64,000 nt of DNA from Podarcis filfolensis (lineage: Eukaryota). This document shows, piece by piece, positions 36,201-48,200 of the stretch. A program made the position numbers and the translations under genes. Location of the stretch: the NCBI GenBank assembly GCA_964270895.1, contig OZ185442.1; one strand, 5' to 3'. Below the pieces are notes generated by a model. It was not told where the DNA came from, searched no databases, and saw only the letters and a list, made by a program, of their open reading frames with translations. The stretch's first letter is position 1. Each line of letters opens with the position of its first letter.

Positions 36201-39200
36201 CATTTCTTGAGTTCCCCCAGCTGTACAATGGGGCTTTGGGTTGTAACTCCTGCTTCTGGGATATGCAGGGTCACCTTAGGGTAAGACTCTGGGCAGGGGG
36301 TGGAGCAGGTAACGGTGACTGGGCAATTTTTAGTCTTTATTTCTTAAATACATAACCCATCTGGTGCCCCAGGCAGTTAACATTGGATAATAATAATAAT
36401 GGCAATAAACAAGGCAGGTAAAATCACTTCTATAGAATTAATTAAATACCACTGGCACTAGAATAAATTTAAACAATTTATAGGTACTGGGGTCAAACAC
36501 CTGTCAGGATAAAAATGCACAGGTGCATCTCACATTACGTCGGGGTTATGATCCTGGCTGTCACGTGCAAAGGCAAAAGCATGTAAAACTAGAACAGCCT
36601 CTGGAATGGTCCTGCAAGACCATCCCTACCTGTCCAAAAGCAGTGCTGAGCAGGCCTTGCCCCTGCCCCTCCATGTAAGACACCTCATCATTCTCACCAA
36701 GCTGTATAAAGGTCTTGCAAGGGTGCTCATGAGATCTTGGACAAGGCTTCCAGGGTTTTTTTTCTTGCTCTTCTGGCCCTTTTTATTTTTTAAAAAATTC
36801 AGTGATCCATGTAAGGTATGATCAAGAAAGTGAAATCAGCCTAAGGTGCGATCTACCTGTATTTTCTTGGTGGCAGAAGGGATTATATAGACTCCCCTTG
36901 ATATGGGAGCGCTAGACATTGGGAGCAGACGCTGAAGGGGCTCCCCAATTAGGAGCCCACCAAATGTCCTTTGGGTGTTCACAGGACAGAAAGAAGAGCC
37001 CCTCTGGAAAATCTTGACGTCCAGACCTCATGTGAGAGACTGTAGTTACTGGGAGTGAGCCACATTCTGCTTTATGTCTGGCCAAAGGCAAAAAATAAAA
37101 AATGAAGATGTTGCATTCAGTCAGTTCATGATAGCTGATCTGAAAGTCAGAGGCTGGCTGCAAAAGCTTTGAGAAAATGGCAGCCAGAAGATTTCTCAGC
37201 CTTGCCACTCCCACAAAACTAGTCCTCTTCTTTCCTAGTGGTGCTTCAGTGCCCTTGAACCAATCCCCTCAGTTGCTGCCATTGTCTTTGGTGACCCTAT
37301 AGCAGAGGTGGCCTTCCAGTGTTCAGTCCCTTATTTACTGACTTGTGCAAGACAGTTGGGTTTCAGATATTAGTGGCAAAACCTTTTTTGTAAATAGCGA
37401 CTGGCCCTCTTGACTGTGAGTTTAGAAAGGCGCCAAGAGTCCAAAGGGGGAAGTTCAGTTGGTCCCTTGACAGTAGTGACAGGAGACACCAGGCTCAGCC
37501 TAGCTTGTGGGGGTTGGGGGCGATGCATGCGCTCCACTCGTTGCATTGGCTGCTGAATTGGGCTTGCATCCCAAGATTCCCATTGTACATCTTGCATCTC
37601 CACCCCTCATGCACATAACAAGACTCTTTAGGGTAAAAAACGAATGCTGTGGGGCGGAGGGAGCTCCAACATAGTTCTCAGGACTTGAGACATTGTCTTT
37701 TGATTTATCATGTAAATACACATCCATGTTGTTAATCAGCGTCTTCGAAGCAACCTTGGCAAAGAAATCCACAAAAGGGCCCGTAGTTCACTTTTTTCAC
37801 AGCTACACTGCTTGCGCATGGGAGCCCTTTGTGGCTCCAAAAAGTCCCCTCCTCTGTGAGGAGGTGGTTCTTAGTGCCAAGGCAAGTGGCCCTTGAAGCC
37901 AAACTGCCCTATTAGGAACCACCAAAGAGAACAGCTAGGGTTTGGGGGCTCAGACTCCTTTTGTATTGCAGAATGGGTGGCAAGCAAACTTGACAGAAAA
38001 GAGCAGCACATTGCTTGCTTAATCCCCATTTCTTCCTTCAGTAACCTCTGGGCTGAGAATTGAGGACTCTGGGCAGGGAGGTGCGTGGGGGTTTCTGCAG
38101 TTCCTCTTGGAAAGTGGGAGTGCGTAGATAATTGATGCAAATTCATTCTGATCTGACGAGTTAAATGGCCCTTTCTAACTCTTCCATTTTTTCCCCCCAG
38201 AAGAGAAGCCTAAAGCAGATCCAGTATTAAAATCTCCTTCCCCTGCCCTCAGACCAGAGCCTAGTGGAGAGAGGAAAGATCAAATGGGCCTGACAGCAGA
38301 GACCCCGACCACCTCCTCCTCCGAGACCTCAACAGAGCTTCCTCTCACGGCTTTGCCCTCCCCTGCGGTGGTCATTGCTGCCGCCGCCACTCCTCTGCCT
38401 CCTAAATCAACGTTTGCACCAGACTCAGAGGATGGATGTGAACTTGCTTCCTCGAAACAGGAAGCCGCACCTCTTCACAGTGCTGCGCCCTGCATGGAAG
38501 TGCCCGTCTGCCCCCCAACAGATGACGCCAGCGCGGATATAGGCAGGGAGCCCCCTAGAATAGTCCCCAACGACCTCCAAGTGACTGCTAGTACTAATCT
38601 AATTACTGAACTGAACGGAGTTAGTGAAAGGGTCACAGTGACTGATGGCATCTTGGAACCAGATCAACCAGAGGCAGCTGGACCCTTGGCTGTGGATCTG
38701 GAGAGCCCAGAGGCACCTCTGGACGAGGCAGAAAGTGTGCCACTTCCAGCTTCCGTCGCTCTTCCTGCTGTTCCGTCTCTGCCTCCATCTCCTCCTCCCA
38801 GCCCTCCTCCCGTTTCTGCCGCTGCTACCGTTAGAGCGACGAGCCCTCTTCCTCCGCCACCATCTGCTTCTCCTCTCCCACTACCTGGTGCCCTCCCTGC
38901 TCTTCAGGGAGATTTAGAAGGAGAGGAGGCCACAAGAACTACCCTTGGCGAAGACACCCAGGAAAATCTGGAGAAAGAAGAGGTGGAGGTAGACGGACAA
39001 CCGGAGGACAATGCAGACTCTCAGGGCTTGAATTCAAAGAAGGGCCCCGGAGCAGGTGAGTATCCTCACAGGGGGCCACAATGGTCTCTCCCAACTCCTT
39101 AAAAGTCTGTGGTACAGTTTATTCAGAGCCTGGACAGCTTTGCGGGGTTGCGGGGGGGAGGTTGGCTGCACAGGGGAAATAGGATCAGTTGCCTCAACTC

Positions 39201-42200
39201 CCATGTGTGAGTGTGTGCTTTCTCCTGTTCGGTTGCAACTTGGAAAAGGATCTAGAGATGTGTATTTCAGAGGGCAGCTAAGTAGGCCCAGAGGAGGCCG
39301 GATGGGTGGGAAATTTGCCCAGTTCCTTAGATTTTTTTCAAATCCTGAAGGGGAGACAGGGACTGATGGGGACAGGGTAGGCTTGTTTCCTTCTCCACAA
39401 TGAACAGGCCTTCTATGGTGTGATGAGCAAAAGCGAGAAACGGCCTGTGAAAGTGGTTTGTTTTTATGCTTCCTGCTTTATCTAGCAGAAAGCATGCAGA
39501 ACAACCATTTAGGGAGAGCTGCATTGGTGGGTGGGTGGCAGACTTGGGATGGTTCAAATGCTTGGCATTTTGCTGCTTCTCTCTCTCATAAAAAAATAAT
39601 TCACAAAACCCACCTTCTTTTGTGGCTCGGAATCACTTCCCATGTTATTCATTATTAAGTTATTTTTATCCTACATCTTTAGGATTGGGCTTTTTACCTT
39701 TGCACTGTTCCCTTTCCTTTTGCATAAAAAGAAACCCAAGCAGTCCCCAGAGTTGCTCCCAAATGATTTGTGAGATTACTTGCCAACACCTCTTTAATGT
39801 TAGAAGTTTCACTGTGTCTCTGAGAAATATGTATGGTATTTGAATTGCATTTCTTATCAAAGAGATCATCGCCCCAGTTTGAGGTAGTTTTCTTTTAATT
39901 TTCTCTAGTTGCACAGCTTTGCCAAAATAATTTCTCTTTTTCTTCCTTCTCCCCCCCCCCATAGAAGCCAATTATGGGATGTTGGTGGCTTGTGAGGATT
40001 TGAGGAAAGTCAGCCAGCAGCAGCAGCATATGGGGTGTGGGGTTTAGATGGGAACTAGGAAAAGCCCCTCTTTTTTTCTTGTGTCAGTGTAGCACCTGCT
40101 TCTTCCTGCTTCTCACCAATATTTTGTGTGAGTTGGAAGCTGCCTCTCCAGGGTGCTTGGGTGCCTTAGAAGGTGTGCTTGGATTGTTGTCCTTTCAGAC
40201 TTGGGCCCTTCACAAGCACGTCTCTCAAACACTCTCTTGAACTGGGGAAGATCGCAAAGCTTTCCCTCTCATCTGTGTTGCAGCTCCCTGTGTGGGCATG
40301 CACTGAAGTGGTGGAAAGTAGGGAAGCCAGCTTCTGTAGTGCTGCAAAGGACTTGGTTTGGCAGTGGAGCCTCCTTGCCAGCAGAGATGCTGACAGCACC
40401 AGGACATGACTTGGGGGTCTCAGTCTCTGAAATGGCTCTTTGCACCCAACTGCCATTGTCTGAAGTCTGATGCCATTCCTTCCTCCTCTGCAAACATGGG
40501 GGCTGCTGCCACCACAGACGGAAGTAGATGGTAGCTCCTCCCCCCTCTCACCCAGTGCCATGGGGTGCCTCATGTGGGCATGGCCTGGACTTGCACACAC
40601 CCCTCCCAGGGTTCCTCCTGAGCCTTGCCTGACAGGGCAGTATGTCATAGTCTTCTGCCATCGCATTATGACATGGCAACAGGGCTATGCTCCGGTCAAG
40701 CCTTAAGTTTGTGCTTAAGACAGTTCACCACTAGCATTTCTAAGCAGTGGCGTTTGTCTTCTGGGCATCTCCCTAGGTGGGAGGAAGCACTGGGTTCATT
40801 ACTGAACTCTGCAGTTAACTTGAAGGGGGCTCTGGGGGGAGTGGGGAGAGAGAAATCACTTAAGAGGGCATTATGGCCATCAATTGTTAAAAAGAGAAGC
40901 ATCTGGGAATGTTTTAATAACCGTGACTCCAGGCATATGAATGGCTGTTCTGCAGTTCTAATGACTTCTACTTAGGCTGGCTCTGAATTGCTAAAGTCCA
41001 GAATATCTTGGGTTGGTCTGTCAGGTGCAGCTGAGAAGCATCCTGTGTTGCTTTATCAGTCCTCATTGCCTTTATTTACGGGCGTGCAAAGAAGCCGCCG
41101 CACAAGGAGGCTCCTCTCCGCTATCCTCTGTTTCTTTCAAGCTTAAATATTGCAATTAGAAGGAAGGAGGGAGGTTTAGGGTAATTAACCCTATTACAAT
41201 TTAATGCACCGGGGGGGTGGGTAACTTTTGCTTTGTGGCTTGTTTTGAGGAGTAGGTGAAAAGTTGCCTGTTGCACAGTTATGCAGGCCATTTGTGTGTC
41301 CACCAGTAACTAGTTTCTGTAGGAAGTCCTGACCATTTCTGAACTGGGGGAAGTGAGTTTGAGCCCATTGTGGCTGCAGCAGGGCAGGATGTGGGGAGCA
41401 CATTTTGCACCAGCCTCCAGAGGTAGTAGGTGGTGAGCTCTTTGTAGATAGTTTTTTTTTTTCTACTGAGATGGGCCTGACTGATTTCACCAGCTGAAAT
41501 GCTGCACTCATTCCTAGAAGGATAAGACCACCAATAGGACACAGTGGCTATGTGCTTCCTTCCAGCTCAGAGGCCACTTGCTTCTGAATACCAGTGGGTA
41601 GAACAGGCCACCAAAAATCTCTGTGGTTTTCTGCGAGTAGACCAGGAACCCCCATGCATTTCAGTCAGTAGAACTGGCTTCTGAGAATCCCCATCCTCAC
41701 TAAATAGCAATCGCTGGGGAAGAACAGCAGGACTGAGGGTTAAGTTCTTTTCCTTGGGTCAAAGCTGGCCAGGCTCTTTGTCCCCTCGTGCTTTGTCACA
41801 GCTCTCTGGGTCCACCGTCTCTTCCAAGCTGATGCTGTTAACAAGCTGCTAACCCTTTGGCACATTTTAAGGTGCTCAGACCTATTTCTGCTCTTGTTGC
41901 CAACAGAAACAATATTAAGCAAAGAAGAATCTGCACTCATGGTTCTCCAAAGCCACCTCTGTATATAGGCCCTGTTGGCTTTTGCCCTCTGGTGTTGGAG
42001 GTGTAGAACTGCACTGTGGCTGTGTTTTGACTTGGTGTGGGTGTGCATGAGAGAAAGAGATAATTGGGATGGGGGAATCTGCTCTTCCAGGTTGGAAGCA
42101 CAATGAATCATCTTTTCAAGGGGCATTTAAAATTACACTGCAAGAATCAGTTGCTCTCAGTGTTTCATTTACAAAGTCTCAGCCAAGAGTCATACAAGAG

Positions 42201-45200
42201 GACTTACATAGGCAGCTTTGTGTCCCCACTGCACCCCACAGCTGCCTATTGCTGTGTCTTGCCTTGGACCAAGGAAGCGGCAACAGAGCCAGGGCCAGGG
42301 CCACTCTTCCGTAAATTGTCAGGAAGTCAGAGAAACTTCAGTGAGGGGCAGAAGTGTCACCTCTTGGTTAATTTGCATCTCTAGAATCTCTTGAATTGTT
42401 TTCCTAATGTCAGCTGTCAATGTGACCCCTTTCCCCTTGTCTTCGGGTTGTTTCTGTGAGGCTGAGGCAAGTTTCTCCCCTCCCCATAGTTTTAAGTTTA
42501 CTGGAAAAAGGGAGCCCGTGCTCAAGGCTGTTCTGTTCCAAGCAGGCTCCGGATTTGACAAATAACCTGTCCAACTTTATCTTGTAGCCCAAACAGCTGC
42601 AACTGCACCAAAGATGTGGAACAAACCAAAAGAGCGGAGCCAGGCCGCCGAGGAGGGGGTGGAGGCCGAACCCGAGGTAAGACGGGCAGGAGGGCGGAGA
42701 GGTGGGGTGCTCAGGAGCCATCGTGCTGCCAAGTTTCAAGGGATTCTCTGGCCCTAGAGGTGAACCTACTAAGCCAGGGAGCCCCAGAAGTTTGCCTAGT
42801 TTCTGATTTTGAGTGACTGCCCTTGTAGAGAGGGATAAGTTGAGGAAAATGTTAAGAGTGCTACAACCTTCATCAGACTCCTCTCCAGACTCCCATTAGC
42901 CAGCTAGGACTGGCAGTCCAGGAAATCCAGAGGGCACCAGGTTGGCAGAGGCCGCAGTATTGTTTGCTAGTGGAGCTTTTAATCAGTTCTGATGGGGAAG
43001 TGTTGATTTGGTGGAGGGGGTGTCAATTGAAAAACAAAATCATTTTTAAAAAATCATTTGGACTGTTCTGGACGCTTTACAGCAACAGAGCAGCGTCAGT
43101 ACTTTGGAAACTATTCCAAAATGATAGAAACTGGAGAATGCCTGGTGTTGTGTTTTTTTTTAAAAAAATCCATAATCTCTGTTTGGCCAGTATTTCCCTT
43201 TTTCAGACTGAGAGCCTTTCTCCCTCATGGGCAGCCTTCCAGGGGCCAGTGGAGGGCAGGGCCAGGGGCATAAAAAAGAAGGCAGGGCAGTAGATGCAAC
43301 TCCCACCCTTTGTACAGTCATGCAGGATTCTACACGCCACTCTATCTAGGCAAGTGAGAAGTATTCTCACGGCTCCAACCAGGTGTGCAGCAGCAGAGCT
43401 AAGGAAAGGGGCATTTCCTTGGAAGAGTTCCAAGGACCAGTGAGAGGAGTCTGGAGGGCCACATGCGACTTCCAGTCCTTAGATTAGAGGCAGTGGAGCT
43501 TTGTCTATTGAGTGCTTGGCAGAGAGTAGGGCGCTGATTTGGGGCTTGCTTGTTGTTTCAGCCTAAAGCAGAAGTGGAACCTGGAGGTGACAGGATACTT
43601 GAATCTGAACAAGAGGCAATGAGCCAGAAGACTTGCCCTAGGAGGGACTCCCACTCTGACCTTAAGGTAGCGAAAGCTGCGGAGGAGAATGGTGAGCAGG
43701 AAGGGGAGCCCATTCGCAACGGCGCTGAGAACATCTCCGAGGGGGAAGGAGGTGAGGGGAATTCAGGCTGCGCAGAGAGTCCCAGTGAAACCCCGGCCTG
43801 CCAGTATAAGCCAGGTAAGTCCCAGTCACCCTCTGCTCATCTTACCCTAGAAGTTGGGGTATCCTCAGCAGTGTTGCCTTTCCGTGGCATGGGCTGTTAC
43901 TCCTCTGCCTCTTTGGGGGAAACAGCATTTCTCTTAGCAAAGGGGTAAGAGAAAGCAATGGGAAAGGGGCCCTAGTTACCTGCTTTGCATGCAGAAGCCC
44001 CCAGCTTCAGCCCTCGGCAGCATCTCCAGGGCAAGGAGAACTGCTGCCAGTCAGTGTAGATGTTACTGAGCTAGATCAACAGAGTAAGGCAGCTTGCTTT
44101 GTTCCTGTGTAACCAGGAAAATGTTGCGCAAGCTGACAGAGAGGGGGGGGGAGCCTTCCTAGGAGAGGGCTTGGTGTGGTGTAAGATGCAGCTTCTGGAC
44201 TAAGAGGGTGATTCTTTGACTCAAATCTCCAGGCCACCTCCGGAGTTTAAGGGCTGCTTCATGCAGTTGGCAGGCATGCCTTATTTCTTGTACACATGAG
44301 CCAGAAATGGACAGTTGGCTATGACTTGCCAGTATTTTGAAAGAAGTAGCTGGCTGCAGGTGGAATAAGCCCCTTGTGAGGTGGCTTCTGGAGAAGAAGG
44401 CATCACTCCATGTCAATGCTTTTCCTGCCTGGAAACCTGCCTTTGCTGCTTGGTTCCCCGAGATTCTGACTGTGAATCTGTGTGGATTCAGCAGGGCACG
44501 TGGTGGAGCCCACGCTGGCACCTCCAGGGCCCTAGCTGGCAGCCGTCACTGCACTTACGCCTCCCGACTCCCTTCCAGGCCTTTTAATTTTTCATGTGGT
44601 GCCAGAGCTCTCGTTTCCAGGATGTCAAACTTGTGGCTCCAGATGTTTGCCTCCCTTTAAAGAGCACTTCATTGGTGGTTAATTCCTGAAAATGACCCTT
44701 TGAAAGACTGAAACATATAAATTCCTTATAGAATATCTGCTGGGCCTAGACTACCGTCTTCTCTACAAATCTCTGCTGCATTGCCCCTCTGTGTGATAAA
44801 AGTGACCCCCTGTAGCTCTTTGGGCAACCTACGCTCCCTGAGCCTCCAGGTGCATCTGCACAGAGCAGAGTGCACAACTGTCCCTCTGCTGCATGTTCTG
44901 CTGCTGCTTGTACTGTGCTTCTTTAGAACAAAGCTACAAAACCTGTGGACGGCTGTTCTGGTGCTGTCCTGCTCCTGCTTCTTCCCCTTCAGCATCAAAC
45001 CCTTCTTTTTTTCCTTCTGTGCAAAGAGATGCGGGGTGGGGGGGTGTCCCTCAGTCAAGAAAGGGCTCAAGCAAGGCTCCATGTGACCAAATGGATGCAA
45101 AGCCAGACCTCCACAATCAGAGTGCAACATTCTTTTTCCATGGAGCCATGCATTCATTCCCTCGACCATTTCGTGACTTCCCCACAAAATGGGGACAGGG

Positions 45201-48200
45201 TGAGGCAAAGGAGAAAGACCCCCATGTCCACAATTCTAATTGGAGCAAGGGGGCCTTGGTGGGGAAACATGGCGCAATGAATTGCCCCATCCTGAGGCTG
45301 GTGGTGTCATTACAGAGCAGTGGAAGCCCCAGGACTCCGAAGGGAAGAAGCAGTACGACCGGGAGTTCCTCTTAGACTTCCAGTTCATGCCTGCCTGCAT
45401 CCAGAAGCCGGAGGGGCTGCCGCCCATCAGTGATGTGGTCCTTGACAAGGTATGGGGCTAGTGTGTAGGCAGAGGAAGCGAGTTTGTGGTGGCGGCTGAA
45501 GGTCGAGAGAAAGGCATGCCTAGTGTTTTAAACTGAGAACTTGGATTTTGCAACATTTTGAAGACCTGGTCCGATTTAATAAGGCACAAGAGGAGATGCT
45601 GCCACTGGACTGGGTTTAAAACTAGATGATATGTATGCATCTTCCCCAAAACATTCTTCTAGCCTCAGGAAGCAGAAAACCCCCAGTTCCCTTCCCCTGA
45701 GCTGCCTCTCTGTCAACAGACATGAAGAAGCTTTGCTTTCTGGTGGTGGGGTAGTTAGATGGCCTTGAACTGCCATGCCTCAGTTTGCTCAGCTTTAGCA
45801 GGCACCCCCCTCAGAGGTAAAGTTATAAGGGAAGTGGATCTTGATGGGCAGGATGAGTCATTGGCTGTGCATTTTGTTTTCAGCTGTAGCTCTTGAGGCT
45901 ACTTGGGAGTATCTACCAAATGCTGCTGTCTGTGCAGACGGTTGCTGCATGGCTACCCGTAACTTTACATTTTTCTACTAATACAGATCAATCAGCCAAA
46001 ACTGCCTCTTCGAACTTTGGATCCTCGGATATTGGCACGGGGTCCAGATTTCACACCAGCATTTGCTGATTTCGGAAGACAAATCCCTGGAGGGCGGGGC
46101 ACACCTGTAAGTGTCAGAGTTACATCCACAGTTAGAAATGACCTTTTGCCTTTTCCCTCCAGAATCTGGAGCAGCTCCCAGTTTGGGAGCTCTTCTGCAG
46201 TCACGTTTTCTCAGTTTTCTCTCTTTCCTTCCTCCTCTTCCCTTTTCCTCCTCCCTCCGCTGGTCTATGCCTTTCCTCATTCTGTCTTCCTTCCCATCCC
46301 TTACTTTGTTCTCGCATTTTTCTATCACCTGTAAGGCTCCTCCTGTGCTTCCTTGACTCTTATTTGACTGGAAAATAGTGTTTTCCCCTCTGAAGGAGTC
46401 AATTGGTTCTGTTGACACAGGTGGGCGGGAACATGGCCACCAGCTTAGTATTCTGCTGAGGTTTTGCTTCTTGAACTCTTTGGTTTCTGGATAGTGGGGG
46501 CCTGGAAATGGGGAGGGGGAGGCCAAGCAGGGACGATACGGAGCTGGGGGGGGGGACAAAAAAAAAAGAGGAGAAATCTTCTTAAAATAATTATGGGGAG
46601 TCAGGTGAAATAAGTTCTTTGCAAGTGGCACCTGCTTCTTGGCTTGCGGAATAGCCATCCAGCTAATGGGTTCTTAATGGGAAATAACAAAAAATGTGGG
46701 GGGGGGGGAGTTAAATTTCAGCTAAAGACCTACCTTCTGAAGTTGTGATGCCCATCTGCTGTAACAGACGCCTACTTGGGCATGCCAGGTCTTTCTGTGT
46801 CAGCCTGTGGATAATACCTTCCTCTCCCCCACCCCTTTCTTTCTTTTTACAGGCCTGCAAAGTGCAGCCCCCACCTGGACTCCAGCCCCTTGCTCGGTGT
46901 GGGCCCCCAGCATGCCCTTTGTTGGTCTCATCTCACCCACAGCTGAGGAACCTGACCATAGGGGTAAGCCATCCTGCCCCCGCCCCCAGTTTCCTCCCTC
47001 ACTGTGAGCGTCTTTTTGCAAAGCCTTCTCCTCTGCCCTCCTGTCTTCAGAGGAGCTAGCAAACAACCCCACAGAGCACAAGCCTGTAATGGAAATGGCA
47101 CCAGCCTTGCCTTGTACTCTTCTCTAGGCTGCCGTCTCTTCAGTGGTGGGTGGGACAGCACCAGCAGAGGGCATACTGGGACTTTGGCCTGAGCTGGATC
47201 TGCCCTAGGGCTGCTCTTCGCAGTCCTGTGTAGAGGGGGAGACCAGGTAAGTCCTGCTTGGCCTGTCTTCGTTTTTCTTTTGGCTTGGAGCATTTAGCAG
47301 CTCGTGGATGCTCCATCTCAGCCTTGCTGAATGGCAGCTTTCCCCCCCCCTTCTGCATTTTGGAAAGTAACAGCTTTTCACTAACCTTGGTACCTGGTAG
47401 CACAGTTAATCGGGTAACAAGTTTTAAAAAATGCATCTTATTTTCAAAAAGGACTTGGGTGAGGTGAAGTAGAAATAGGTACAAATAGCTTAAGAAAAAT
47501 AGCCAGCTGCTGTGCTGTAAAAGCCACCCCAGATGCCCCAGGAGGAAGGCCTTAATCTAACTGAGTGGCTCAGTTTTCTAACGCTAGAAAAGAATGCAAG
47601 GGACATTATGAAAGTGCCGGAGATAGAGGATTGAATTATTGTTGATTGTGGTGCTGATAGGTGAATGCTGGCTGAGGGCTACCACGAAATGGCAGCTCTT
47701 ACGTCTGACTGCAAAATATTAAACATTCTTGGGTGGTGTTTGGGAATGAGAGGTTGGGAGTGGTGGTTGGGAGTGAGAGGTATGGGGGGGCAGGGGGGCA
47801 GAAGCGAAGATCTTGTGTCTCCATCAGACCTGATGTGGCCGGCATCGTGAACTTCACAAGTTTGTGATCTTAGTACAGCTCCTTTGCTGCTTATTCCTGC
47901 CCGGACTGGGAAATGATTTTGCTTTGCTCTGGGTTGAGCAGAGACTCCTGCTGGGGGATGTCCATGAAACACTTGTTGAAGTGCCAAAATCAAGGTATCC
48001 TGCTGCCTGTTAGAGTATCCCATAATGATCACTGCTTCCCCCAAGATTTGTAGAAAGGGACCTACAGTAGCAGGTGCTACAGCTCAAGCTGCTGGTGTAG
48101 AATTTAAGCACATAGAGGAGCTCCTTGCTGCACTTTGGATGTCAAGGGCTGGATTCTCAAAGGAGTTGATGTGGTGCTGGTGCCTGCGTGCAAGCCTTAA

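Noticed and set aside
45978-46658. 226-aa minus-strand ORF
   Set aside because: Antisense shadow of an EIF4G3 exon and a pyrimidine-rich intron; low-complexity Arg/Lys/Glu peptide with no domain.
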